Of a stretch of DNA of 64,000 bases, positions 51,370 to 63,570 are shown piece after piece. The DNA is from Anthoceros angustus (Eukaryota > Plantae > Anthocerotophyta): NCBI GenBank assembly GCA_010909165.1, contig MU008159.1:992001-1056000 (forward strand), read 5' to 3'. The notes below the pieces were generated by a model that searched no databases, had not been told where the DNA came from, and saw only the letters and a program-made list of their open reading frames with translations. Numbering within the stretch: the first letter of the stretch is position 1; each line of letters starts with the position of its first letter. A program made the translations under genes and the position numbers.

Positions 51370-54120
51370 CGGTGATACTATCTCATCAAGACGAGGCGGA
51401 CTAGATCCATGGCGAAGTGGAAGAAATGCTGATCACCCACCATCGAGCCCAGAGTCGGGCGTGAAGACACGAGGGGCAGCGCAAGGGTGGAGTCAAAAGA
51501 AACCGGACGACCGAGGAAAGTCAATCACCCACACAAGCAGCAACAGAGTGAAGGTGGTGGAGTTTCAATGCTGCAGGAGGGACACGGACACACACGACAC
51601 ACTGAGTTAGAGGAGCTCACTCAAGCGGTCATGAGGGACGGCGTCGGATCGAGAACATACGGAGATCATGTTGCGAGAATTCAACCCGTAGCGAAGCAAG
51701 CTCAACAACTCGCACATTTTGGAGGAACAAAAATGCAGCATGAGAGGTTAGTCGCAGAGTTGCTTGCACAAAATGCGAGCGAGAACAAGCAGAGAGACAT
51801 GCTTGCTCAAGTGCTTCAAAGGCCAACCTCGGGACAAGAGAGCCATCGACGAAAACGGCCTTGCCAGGTCAACCACGATCATAGAGGAAATGATGAGCCT
51901 GAATGTGCACCCAGCCTCGCAATAACCCCCAGATATCTCGGCCACAGACAACCCACGATCGCACACGATGCCTCTAAGCATTTCAGAGTTCAAGGTCTGG
52001 CACAAGAAGAGCAAGAGGACCCCAAAATAGCGGAAATTGCAAGGAGATTGCAAGTAGCTAGGCATGCAAGAGCTCAGACTCAAGCGGTAGCCGAGCTAGC
52101 TGTCAAGGAAAGCTTGCTTTTTGATGAGGGACCTGAGCCATCCAGGAACGACGACTTGAGGAAGCGTGCCAAGTTCGAAGTTTTGAGTCGGCCAGACTGC
52201 AGCCGAGCAAGCTGCAGGAGGGGCAGCATTCTCTACTGCAAGCAAGGGTATGACAAAAGGAGAAGGTTGATTTCGCCCATTACACACACTTGGCCAGAGC
52301 GTGGTGGGACAATGTAAAGGAAGCAAGAAAAGAGACAAGCCTACCATCCAATCTTGGGATGTCATGAAGTCCAGCTGCAGACCTTTTGCCCAAGGATCAC
52401 AAAGAAAGGTGTTGAGTCGACGCAATGCAGCGTTGAAGCACACGGAGCACCGGAAGACTTTCACCTTGCATTCATGAAGGCAATGTTAAAACCGGATCTC
52501 GAGCAAGAAGCAAAATTGGCAAGGTATCGATGCGATCAAACCCGAATACAAGCTCGGATTAAGCAAGATTGTAAGATGGGAGGAAGCTATGCAAGCCCAT
52601 GGACATCGAGCACTACGAAGGCCCACGTACTGCTCCATCTCCGCCACAACCAACAACGGCACAATCGCTACTCACCAGTCCTATCACACCGGAGTGAAAT
52701 ACCACGCCGCTCCCACATGGAAGCCAAGAGTGAACGCAAGGCCACGCACAAATGAGCCGGCAAGGAGAATTAAAGCCCATCAATTCGAAACAAGGATGGA
52801 GAGAAAAAGAATTCATGGCCAAAGGGCTTTGCTTCATATGTGCGAGCCGAATCATGCTAGAGGCCTTACAACAAGCATGTATGGCAGAGCCCAGAAATAA
52901 TGGAGCAACCGGGCATGCCGTTAAAGTTAATGCTTGCACAAGAGTGCAGCCGAATCAAGTGATGAGCCGCACCGCACATCGAGAGCAACCAAGTCGATGG
53001 TTGTAAGAATGGCGCCTTTGCAGAGGGCTGGAAAAACCAAGACCCGCAAAGGTGAGACTTACGAACATCTTAAGCACCGCCCATGACCGTTGATGGCATG
53101 TTGGGTGGCGACGTGTCCTTTCTCATTGATGGAGGCTCAACACACGCTATAAAGTGCGCGCAGAGCTAGAGATGCAGTGTCAAGTGGTTTTGCAAGGAAA
53201 TGGAACAATACATGAAGTTAGCCAATGGAGCCATCGAGAGTAAACATGCACGAAATCCAAGTGACATCTCCTTTCAAGGGTATGAAGACGGTGCTCAAGT
53301 CCTAGATGCAATCACATGAAGTCTTGTTAGACAGGATTGGCTATGGCGCTTGACCCAAATATCATTTAGAGGCATGAAATGACGTTGAGTCGGAAAGGAG
53401 AGGGTGGCGGTCAAGGGCTCTCACCAACGCCCGTGCATCAAGCTCTTTCACGATCCGCAAGGAAGGCCATCAAAGCTGGAACGTTGGAGTATACTGCCTT
53501 CTTGTTCAGCTGCCAGAACGTAGAGCAAGAGCCTACAAGTCTGCACAAGCAGCGGATGTACGAACCACCCAGTCAGATCAAAGGAGAGAATGAGGAACCC
53601 CAAGAGCTGAAGGAAATTTTGGAGCAGTTCAAAGACGTTTTTGAGGAGACACAAGGATTGCCACCAAGACGTGATGTGGATCATGCAATAGATCTCATCC
53701 CTGGAGCCAAACCTGTGGCCCGTCCGCCCTATAGACTAGCACCACCAGAGAACTTACTGGTGCAAGCTGCAGTGGACGACCTTTTGAAGAAAGGCCTCAT
53801 AGAGTCTGTGTCCCCACACGCAGCTCCGGTCTGATTGTCAAGCACGTGAATGGCAAAGTGCGCATGTGCATAGACTACCGAGGGTTGAACGCTTCCATGC
53901 TGAAGAATCGGTTCAGATGCCGCGATCAAGAAATATTGGATAATCTTGCCTGAGCCTGTGTGTTTAGCAAGGTGGATCTGCAGAGCGGTTCCATCAAATC
54001 CGCATCAAGGCCGACGAATTCAACCGCCTTCGTAACACCTGTGACGGCACTATCGCCTTGTCTTGCCTTTTGGTATGACCAACGCAAGTTTTACAACTTT
54101 GATGACCAAGATTTTGAGGC
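51370..54120 (+). mobile_element. gag: Ty3/gypsy element C, 5' part: gag, protease and RT N-terminus (frameshifted)
   Basis: Knuckle-like KGLCFIC.EPNHAR (52820), LIDGGSTH (53125), LEQFKDVFEETQGLPPRRDVDHAIDLIPGAKPVARPPYRLAP (53600-53750), MPFGMTNA..FTTLMTKILR (to 54120). Confidence 0.9.
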
Positions 54121-57100
54121 CCCTACTAGAAATGGCAGCCCATGTTACACTTTATGTTAAGATTTGGACCCCTGGATGTAACACTCATGTTGCAATTTTG
54201 GGGTCATGTAACACTTTTGGGCCCCTTGTTACACTTTGCTTGGAAACCATACCACGGTCATTGTTGCAATCATGTTGCAATAGTGTTGCAATTATGTTAA
54301 GATGAAGTGAGAGGTGGTTTTGCCTCTCTCAAAATTGCAACATGATTGCAACATATAAAGTGTTACAAGAAAAGTCTTGTAACACTTTTGGAGGCTTGGT
54401 ACCGAACCTCCTCCCCATCCACCATTGCCTTTTACTTTTGCCCTTGAAATACCACGTTTTACTTGGTATTTACCACCGATACACCCTTCAATATGACCAT
54501 ATACAAATACCGTATCAATACATCCTTGTACTATACATGTAATCTACGGTGATAAATGTACTATATTATTCTAAGTGCTATACGGTATTCAATTTCATAT
54601 AAAATAAGTTTGTATATTACGCGTATTACATATACCGTGCATACATATTCATGGTACCATACTTTGTATTTACTATCGTGTAAATAGCGCCCTTTATACC
54701 CCTACTTTATAGCATGCGTGCGGTTTGTCCTTCCACATCACCAATAGCCATCGGCTCGCCATGGCGCCCAAGAAGATATTGTCCCCACCTATCACCTTCG
54801 TGACGCATCACGTGAGGTAACTGATGATCCTTTAGTTACGCAACAACTGAAAATTTGACAGGAAATCACAGTATCGGAACAGGTCTTGGCCTGACCTTGC
54901 AATGCTCTGCAAGTACAAGATCTGCTTGCGGCTGTACACATGATCCCGCCACAATCCCTTCACCAACATCATGTCACATTGGTTACGCATCAGCTGAAAA
55001 ATTCAGAATCACAGCATGAAACGGGTCTCTACTTGAAATCACAGCATGGAACGGGCCTCCTCCTCTTCCTTTCCCTCTCCCCCTTCTCCTTCTTCCCATC
55101 TCCCCCTCTCATCTCCCCCTCCTTCCTCCCCCTTCTCCTTATAAAGCTTCGACCCTCAAGCCGTGGCAAAAGAACATAGTTTTGAACATTTTCACCTTAG
55201 TTATAATAGTTGAGACGTGCATATACATCTCAAGCTCGTGACTAGTTGCATTCCTTTCATCAGTGCAACAACGACAAGCATGTCAGTTGTAAGGTGGACG
55301 GAAATTGCACAAGCTACATTGCAAGCGAACAACTTGGGACATTAATCCCACCCATCTCTTCCGATTTTCCATCACCTCGAGAGCCTTTCCATCAAAAGTC
55401 AAGCTACCACATTCTCGCCCACACCGCAAAACGCAATCTAATAATTTGAACAAGCAGAGACCACAGCACGAGCAAACTAAGGACAAAACAAAGCAATACA
55501 TACCTGGAAATCAATAAAGTTCTGGTTCACACCTTCCTCGGGGATTTGAGCAAGCGTATACCACACATGATCAAATTCCTACATTGACAGAACAAACCAG
55601 TTTCACTCCATGAACCTTACAATGCATAAGCTGCGTCAGTCATGCCAGTGGTGGTCCAACATGGTAAAGATGGACGGAAAAAAGCGTTAACTCCAAGAAG
55701 CTAAGCATAAAACCATGGAAGCTGTCCTCCAATTGCACTGCCACCGGCACTCCATTCACATGCTGCTCGTGCGCCAACGAGCTTAGACTCAGATTAGATA
55801 GCGGACTGCGATTTGCGAGCGGGCCGAGCTCGAAAGAGTGCAGTGCAACTACGGTGAAATAACGGCGAAACAAAGTCAATTGGCCATGTGTCCGATGGCG
55901 AGCAAAAATGGAAGCACGAGCTGAAAAAGTATCCCAAGTAAGAGGTGCATTACCATCCACCGGTGGTGGGTTCAATTCGAGCTCGAAAGTCCTCATCCGC
56001 CTCACCCGCCTAAACACGTTGCTCAACCATGATCCGGATCTGGACACGGTTCATGGATCTTCCTTGATGCCACTTTCCTCTCTCGGAGGTTTGCTCCAAA
56101 ATGCCCTCGGTGGGCGGTGGTTCTCCGCCCCTCCTTGTGCACGCAATTCACGCACTCTTCCCTGCAGTGATCCGGACTTGTTGGTGTTTATTTTCACTTT
56201 GTTTCGCTAAGCACATCACACCAAGCGCAATCGCAGTGCAGGATGTCGGGCACAATTGGAAAGACTATCCATCCTCTAACGATTCTTTGCGGTGGATCGC
56301 GGATGGCGATTGAAACCCATTCCTCGTAGACCGGAAGTACCGGCATCGCACCATCGTGAGAAAGGAGTGAGCACGGTGGGCGCAATGTCCGGTGACATCA
56401 AATCGCATTACAAAACCAAGTTCTGGCGGATCTGGTGGCGGACCCACAAATGAGGAGGAGCGGATCTGGTCCGGACCAAGAGTGAAAGCGTGATCCGGTC
56501 GGAAAAGATAGAAGAGGAGGAGATGTTTGTGCAGCTAGCAAAGGTGAGTGGCATCTTGCACCGCCTTGGTTGTGAAACGTCTAGGCCAGTTGAACACCGC
56601 AGCCACGGCAACATTGGGCGATAAGCGCATTCGTTTGCGAGCGTGGGCGCCACGGCCATCGGCGTATCTGCGATCACGTGCCACCGCGCGCTGCGAGGCC
56701 CCACCACATCACCACGCCGTCTCCTTTCAAATTCGCAATCAAAATTTGGGTAGGTAAGAACCGTAGTCGAGTCAAAATGTCCGTCATATCCATGTTGGAA
56801 AGTAAAGGAAAACTTACATACTAGAAATGGTATCTGCAGCGGTGGGGAGGGAGCGCAACCGGATGAGTTGAAGTGGGTAGCAAGGCATGGATTGGAGAGC
56901 ATGAATCGGAGTGGTATAGTGGTCGTTGAGGGTTAATGGAATGCTTAGTTGTGCGAAGGTTGGTGCGACGTGGTGATATGTAGGGGCGTGAGCTCTAAGT
57001 GATGTGTGTGCATGATTGTAGGGAAGGGAAGGAAAGCTGGTGGAAGGTGAAGGCCATGTCAGGAAGGAAGGCACAGATACCAGTGGAGAGAAGGAAGATG

Positions 57101-58479
57101 GAGGAAAGGTGGCAAATAGGGGAGCGTCACCGTCAAGTGATGCCGGAGGCAACGCAGATGGTGGGGAACCTGGATGTGTGATGGCATTGCCACCGACAAG
57201 GCGTATCACACGATCTGTGTCTAAAAGCGTGAGTCACTGAGTCGTCAGACGTTGGAGTCGCCAGTGCATGGGTGGACCGGTGATGGTCAATCAGCAACAA
57301 ACAGAGGAAATTGGTCTTCCCACCTTTGTAGCCTAGCATTTACAGGGGTCCTCTGCCGTTAAAGTGGTAATTGAGGTCGCTGGATAGGTCTAGGAAGTTG
57401 TGGAGGAACCACGAAAACAATGGTGTTGGTCTAAAGAGTCACCAAGTGACGTCGCTTTAGTTTAGAGGCACATGTTTGTATTGCACGCAAGACGCATATG
57501 TTCATATCACTTGAAAGACGACATGTTCGTAGTTAAAGCCAATGACATCGGTGGCAACAAAGTGAAAGGGATAGAGGACGCTTGAAGTGTCCAAAATTCC
57601 AATTAATTTGTCAATAAAATCAAACATATATATATGCAAGGTATGAGAGTGAGTAAGGGTTAGCACATACATATTAGTACATAAACAAGTCTTGAAGCCT
57701 ATATACGTATATCGTATACAAAGGAGGTACATATAAGTACACTAATATAATATAAGTCCACTAATATAATATAAGTATCGGAAGGATGTGTACATATATA
57801 TGTACACATACTTACATATGCAAAGGATATGCAAAGGAGGTAAAATAGGAAGAGAAGGATACCCCGGGAGATAGAGGTCCTTGTTACAATCATGTTACAA
57901 GAGGAAGAGGAAGAGTATAAAATGGTTGTGATAGGGGAGCTCCTTCTCACAATCATGATGGAGGAGAAGGAGTGAAAGAGTATAAAAGGGTGTGATAAGG
58001 GGAGCAATAACTAGCATGGTGAGGTGAGAGAGAGACCAAGCATTGTGTTAAGATGGTGTGAGAAGGTGGATAAGAAATTGACACCTTGAACACCAAGCCA
58101 CCAAAGAGTGTTGCAATTTTGAAGTGGTACATGAAGTGAGAGACCAAGCATTGTGTTAGGATGGTGGGAGAAGGAAGAGAAAAATTGACCAAGTGAACAC
58201 AGTCATCAAAACGTGTTGCAAGTTGGAAGTGTTACATAAAATTGCAACAACGATCGAATAAGGGCAAGTGGGAAATTATTAACAATGCTTGTGAGACAGG
58301 GGGTGTATCCATAAGGGTGAGGTGGGAAGAGAGAGTGCAAGGTTCGTGTTAAGATGGTTGCACTAAACGGGGACAGAACTGACAAACTTAATACCAAGCC
58401 TCCAAAACATGTTGCAATGTGGAAGTGTAACAAAAAATTGCAACATCGACTGTAACATAGGTGCCCTTTTCTAGTAGGG
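54121..58479. mobile_element. Non-autonomous CMC/CACTA-type DNA transposon, 4359 bp
   Basis: TIRs are CCCTACTAGAAAtggcagcccatgttaca and (rc) CCCTACTAGAAAagggcacctatgttaca. Many TGTTRCA subterminal motifs occur in both orientations at 54140-54385 and 57880-58460. The TSD is GC. Removal restores att ttg agg ccg tac ctg ggc (ILRPYLG) in the RT. Confidence 0.9.
55280..57210 (-). pseudogene. Unidentified coding relic inside the CMC element, possibly Ulp1/C48-protease-like
   Basis: Protein-like fragments occur in Ulp1-like order (WIVFPIVPDILH; VPVAVQLEDSFHGFMLSFLE), but the catalytic Cys is absent and the frames are broken. Confidence 0.3.
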
Positions 58480-60165
58480 GCCGTACCTGGGCAAGTTCGT
58501 GGAAGTATTTGTGGACGATATTCTGGTGTACTCCGCCAATGCTGCAGACCACAAACAGCACCTCACATTAGTGCTGACAGCTTTGAGAGAGCACAAGCTG
58601 TTTGCTAGAAGAAAGAAGTGTGAATTCTTCAATGACAAGGTGCATTATCTCGGCTTCATAGTATCTGCTGCTGGTGTAGAAGTTGACCCCGAGAAGGTGC
58701 AAGCTATTCAGGATTGGCCACTGCCCCAGAATCTCACAGAGATGCAGCAGTTCCTGGGCATGTGTGTGCAAATGAAGTCCTTCATACCTCAATATGCAAA
58801 GACGGCCGTTCCCCTGACCGACCTGACATGCAAGCTTGCAAAATTCCCCATGTCAGCGACAGCAGAGGCAGCGTTCAGAAACTTGAAAGAGGCAATTGCG
58901 TCTGCAGCTGTTCTTACATTGCCAGACATGAAGAAGCCATTCGTCGTGAGAACAGATGCTTCTGACTTTGCATTAGGAGCAGTCCTGCAGCAAGAAGGGA
59001 AGAGCATCAGTTACTTGTCCAGGAAATTGCAAGGGCCAGAGCTCAACTACACCACACACGACAAGGAGCTTCTAGCAGTGGTGTATGCATTAAAAGCCTG
59101 GAGACATTACCTGCATGGGAGTGAGTTTGTTGTGTACACGGATCACAGAAGTCTGGAGCATTTTTACAAGCAGCCCTTGCTCAACCCTCGACAAAGGAGA
59201 TGGGCCGAATTTCTGGCAGACTTCCACATGACAATCTCATATTGACCGGGCAAAGCCAATTTGATTGCAGATGCTTTGAGCAGGCGCAGATGCAACGTAA
59301 TGCTGAAAGTAGAGTCAGACACATGGAGAGCGGTTCGGGAGAACACTCCGCAAGATGAGTATCTAAGTGATGTGTTGACAAAGCTAGAAGGCAGTCTCAT
59401 CACTGGTAGGCCTACGCAACTCGGCGACAAGTTCAAGGTGCACCAAGGGTGCTTGTACAGAAAAGGCAAGTTGTGCATACCTGCAAACTGTGTCGACCTC
59501 AAACAGGCTCTTTTGCATGATGCGCACGACGCTCCCACCGCCGGACACATGGGAATAGATAAGTCTTATCAGCGCCTGAAACAGCATGTGTGGTGGAAAC
59601 AAATGAGGACAGAATGTGTCAAGCATGTGAAGGAGTGCCTACCATGTCAGCAGACCAAGTTCGAACGCAAGCCACCTGCTGGTCTGCTCATGCCACTCCA
59701 AGTTCCAGAGATGAAATGGCAAAGCATGGCTTGCGACTTTGTCACTGCTTGCCCAAGACCAGGAAGGGACATGATGCCATCTGGGTCTGCATCGATAGGG
59801 TCACCAAGCTAGCTCATTTTATTCCTGTGAAGGGAAGCATCAAAGCCAAATGCCTAGCCAATCTTCATCAAAGAGGTGGTCGATTGCATGGAGTGCCCCA
59901 AGAGATCATATCGAGAGATTCAAGTTCACTCCGAAGTTCGGGTCTCGCCTTCTGCAAGACACTCGGAATCAAGCAAGGGATGAGCACTGCATATCATGCA
60001 GATCGATGGAGCAAGTGAGAAGATGAATCAAACAATGGAAGATTTGCTTAGGCCCTCATCACGACAAGCAAGGAAGGCTGGGAAGACATGCTACCACCGG
60101 TGGAATTCACAACTCGGCAAACACATGTAGCGGATACTCTCCTTTCAAGATGACCTACGGTTGCA
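58480..60165 (+). mobile_element. pol: Ty3/gypsy element C, 3' part: RT, RNase H, integrase
   Basis: Intact ORF 58499-59245 (VFVDDILVYS, KVHYLGFIVS, VVRTDASDFALGAVL, ELLAVVYALKAWRHYL, FVVYTDHRSL). 59261-59812 carries the HHCC finger (HDAHDAPTAGHMG...CLPC), followed by WVCIDRVTKLAHFIPV and SPFKMTYG. Confidence 0.95.
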
Positions 60166-60229
60166 ACGTTTTAAAGATGTTTTGGGCCAAGACGAGCCCT
60201 TTGATTTGAAGAGAGACCTAAAGTTGGTT

Positions 60230-60626
60230 GGCGACTCATCGATGACTGCGCTCGGAATTGGGATGCGATGATTTGCTGGATTTGAAGGTGATCTTGGGAG
60301 GCAAGTTTGTTCATGCCGTGATGCTCTGGAGGCCTGGCTATGGTCCCAACTTGTATGGAGCGGTGAGGCCAACTTGCTATGCCATTCACAACATATGCAA
60401 AGTTGAAGGAAAGTGACAATATTACATTGATTGCCTTACAAGGCCTGTGGAAGCCTGGTGCCTTGCGGAAGGCGGTACTCAGATTGGGGTAAGAGGCATG
60501 CTAGGTGACTTATTGGTGGGCAATTGCCTGGTGGACATGTATGTCAAATGTGGCAAACTGGAAGTTGCACGAGGGGTTTTCGAGAGCTTGGCCTTAAAAG
60601 ATGTAGTGACATTGAATGCACATGCA
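60230..60626 (+). pseudogene. PLS-class pentatricopeptide repeat gene fragment (best copy)
   Basis: Reads GKFVHA...GYGPNL, then QHMQ...DNITLIAL.KACGSL, then GDLLVGNCLVDMYVKCGKLEVARGVFESLALKDVVTLNA (ORF 60447-60629). Confidence 0.85.
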
Positions 60627-60933
60627 TAGATTCTTCGTTACCAGCAGAGGTGTCCCACTAGGAGTGTTCAGCAGACCATACGCAAGGGCTAGTTTTTCTG
60701 CATGCCCGCAAAGCACAACATCAGCGGTTTTGGACGCCAGCAGCTGGGGGGCAGGCCTACACCGTGGAGCTTATTACTTTTTTTTATTAGAATCTTCTTC
60801 ATAATTTCATTGTGTTTGTTGACCATAACACACTATTCTATGCATTTGTTTTGTCTTTCGTACCACTATTTCCTTCTTAAAAGGAGCATTCATTCTGTCA
60901 TATATCTTGCTTTCCTCCTCTTTCAGGTTCTTG

Positions 60934-61092
60934 TAGAAAATTAAATATTGTAGTAAATCCATGGCACTTTCTCCTTATGCTCTCGAATAGAAAATTAAAT
61001 ATTGTAGTAAATCCATGGCACTTTCTCCTTATGCTCTCGAATAGAAAATTAAATATTGTAGTAAATCCATGGCACTTTCTCCTTATGCTCTC
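60934..61092 (+). repeat. 54-bp tandem repeat x3 over the start codon; uORFs at 60961-60990 and 61015-61044
   Basis: ATGs lie at 60961, 61015 and 61069, exactly 54 nt apart. Confidence 0.9.
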
Positions 61093-61585
61093 AATTTCAT
61101 CGTTTCTTCACCTTGTTGTTGTTAGTACATTGTATGGGAAGTGATATTGCAGGGCAAGATGGGAAACAAATCCTTCAATAGGCTAGACCTATTTAGCACA
61201 TGAATGCAGTGGAGGACTCGCTCAATTTGAAAAATTAGGTAAGCAACGATATACAAAATGCTAGGCATGCAATTAATTTGTATCCCAACCCGCAATGGTA
61301 AGTACAACCAATTCTTTGGCCGCCGATTGTTTGGTTATTATAAGAAGCAAGATGGAGTGACAATGATTGTTGATCAATTCTTTGGCCGCCGATTGTTTGA
61401 GTTATTATAAGAAGCAAGATGGAGTGACAATGATTGTTGACAATTCTTTGGCCGCCGATTGTTTGGGTTATTATAAGAAGCAAGATGGAGTGACAATGAT
61501 TGTTGCACAAGTTGGTATGCTTTATGTTTGGCATATATACGCATTAAACTTCATTCACAATCTGCGGAATATCTTAGCGAAATAG
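61069..61585 (+). CDS. Small secreted Cys-containing protein, type a (copy 2), frameshifted as assembled
   Basis: Same sequence as 29212-29679, with three internal repeat units. Confidence 0.5.
61309..61505 (+). repeat. 66-bp in-frame coding repeat x3 (DCLGYYKKQDGVTMIV)
   Basis: Units start at 61309, 61375 and 61441. Confidence 0.9.
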
Positions 61586-63570
61586 TCGATCGTCGTCTGA
61601 TAAGTACAATAATATGATAGGAAAATATGCTTCTGAGTGTCGTTTAACTTATCAATATTTTCCCTTCAAAGACAATAGTGACACCTTCGCCTCAACCATG
61701 GCGGAAAATGGTATATATCCATGAGTATAAACAATGAACATATTTTTCTTTGAGAAGCAAGACAAAAGTTATGGATCTAGAATTACTAATATGGTATTTA
61801 GCAATCCATATTGATTTATGTGATGTTTCCTAACAAAGTAGCATTGTCGTTCAAGTTCTTGAGGTAAGATTTTGTGGTCCTAGGAGTCGGGCAGCTAGTA
61901 GCTTGAAATGCACAAGGCTGCCGCAACAGCACCTAGTTGTCGATAGACAAACCATCGCCTTCAACAACACCAGCAAAAAGAGCTCGTCTTCTCTTTTGTT
62001 GGATTGTTAGAAGGCCCATATGTTTTGATTCATACATTCAAGCATTCGTTCTTCTTCATTTTGGGGCATTCATTTATTCAACCAATTAATTTCTTTTCAT
62101 AATCTCTTTAGGGGACACTCGTGAAAATATCTCTTGAAGAAAGTCATATTTATTATGAATTTGTCGAGCAAGAAGTGGGGTCTACGATAGAATTGGACTC
62201 AATTTGGTGTTTGTGAAAATAAAGGATGAGAAAAACTAGCATTTTCTTTCCTGCTCTAGAAAAGTTCGCAGATTCATGAAATCTCAAGATGAACCAACCT
62301 TTTCCACCTATAGCACTTGACTAAATAACATATTTGGTGTAAGGTGTGGGAAATGTTGCACAAAAGCACCTCTTGCAAACAAGGGGGTCGATAAATGTTC
62401 AAAGAATGTGGTTGAGGTACCTTTTAAGCATATAAAACCTTTTTTTTGGCGACTTAGGCAATTTATAATAATCAGGAAAAAAAAAGGGTACAAAGAGAGA
62501 GGGGATTTGGTCCCTCTGAAAAACTGTCTAACTTAGTCTACCGTACTAAGTTTCGAGAGGCGAGTGTGAAGACACATGGTGTCATCACCGAAACCGAAAC
62601 CAACTTGAGGAAAATCTACCTTTACGCCTCGCTAGCTGCGTTAGTTCATCAAAGAGGAAGCAAGCGGGATACAACTGCGCCACCGGTTGGACATGATCCG
62701 CCGCATACGAAACACGACTGGCTAGTTATGGGCGTGACCGCTAGTCTTGCATGCGAGGAACCAGAGAACATAGTTGGAAAGCATGGTGGTGGTTGCACAA
62801 GGCAACCAAGAAGCTGCGTGCATGCGTCATTTGTGTTCACAACCAACGCCGCCAAAATCGCATATCCTTGCTCCAAAATGCTCCACGACGCCTCCCGAAT
62901 GGAATAGTTGCGATCCGATGGATAGGAAGACTTGCAGCTAGCGAGAGGAGGGTTCTAGGATGAGAAAGGAGAGAGGAAAGAAAAGGTATAGTTGGGGTGA
63001 ACAATCTGACAATCGGAATTGGAAACGTTGCATATATTTTGCTCACACCTCTGGGGGTGGAGGCCGAGGCCGTACCCTATGTAATTAGTGTATGTTAGCT
63101 GGTTCTTGGACCACTATGGGAGGGGAGGGCGCATGACTTTTGTTCAGAAAGTAGAGATGCGAGTTGATGTGAAGATCTTGACGCGATTTGGTGTGTGTGT
63201 AGAACAAGCAGCAGCAGAGCCTGCTTCCTAAAGGGCAAAGGCTCTTCCATATATGTGCAAAGACCTCATGTCAAGCTGGGAAGAGCTGCCATGATCATTA
63301 AGTAGCAAGCAATAGAAACATAGTGTAATATTTATTATTCCTTGAGAAAATATCCTCTTTATAATGTTTACCATTTTGTTGTTGGAATCTCTATTGAGAA
63401 TCCAATCTAATTTTGTTTTCTTGGTAGGATTGGTTGTTTCTTCCAACATCTTGCTTCGCACTATATAATTTTATATCTTTTGTACCCTTTTTTTATCTTG
63501 AGCACTTTATTGTTATCTTTAAATGTTGGTCACAGTGTAGAATGGAAAACTAAATGTTGGTATAGGTCCA

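Noticed and set aside
51487-52317. 276-aa ORF as a host gene
   Set aside because: It lies within gypsy C gag and appears to switch between true and shadow frames.
62566-63046. Coding-looking segment (also 30640-31090) as a LINE or gene relic
   Set aside because: No diagnostic motif was recognised in any frame, so it is left unassigned.
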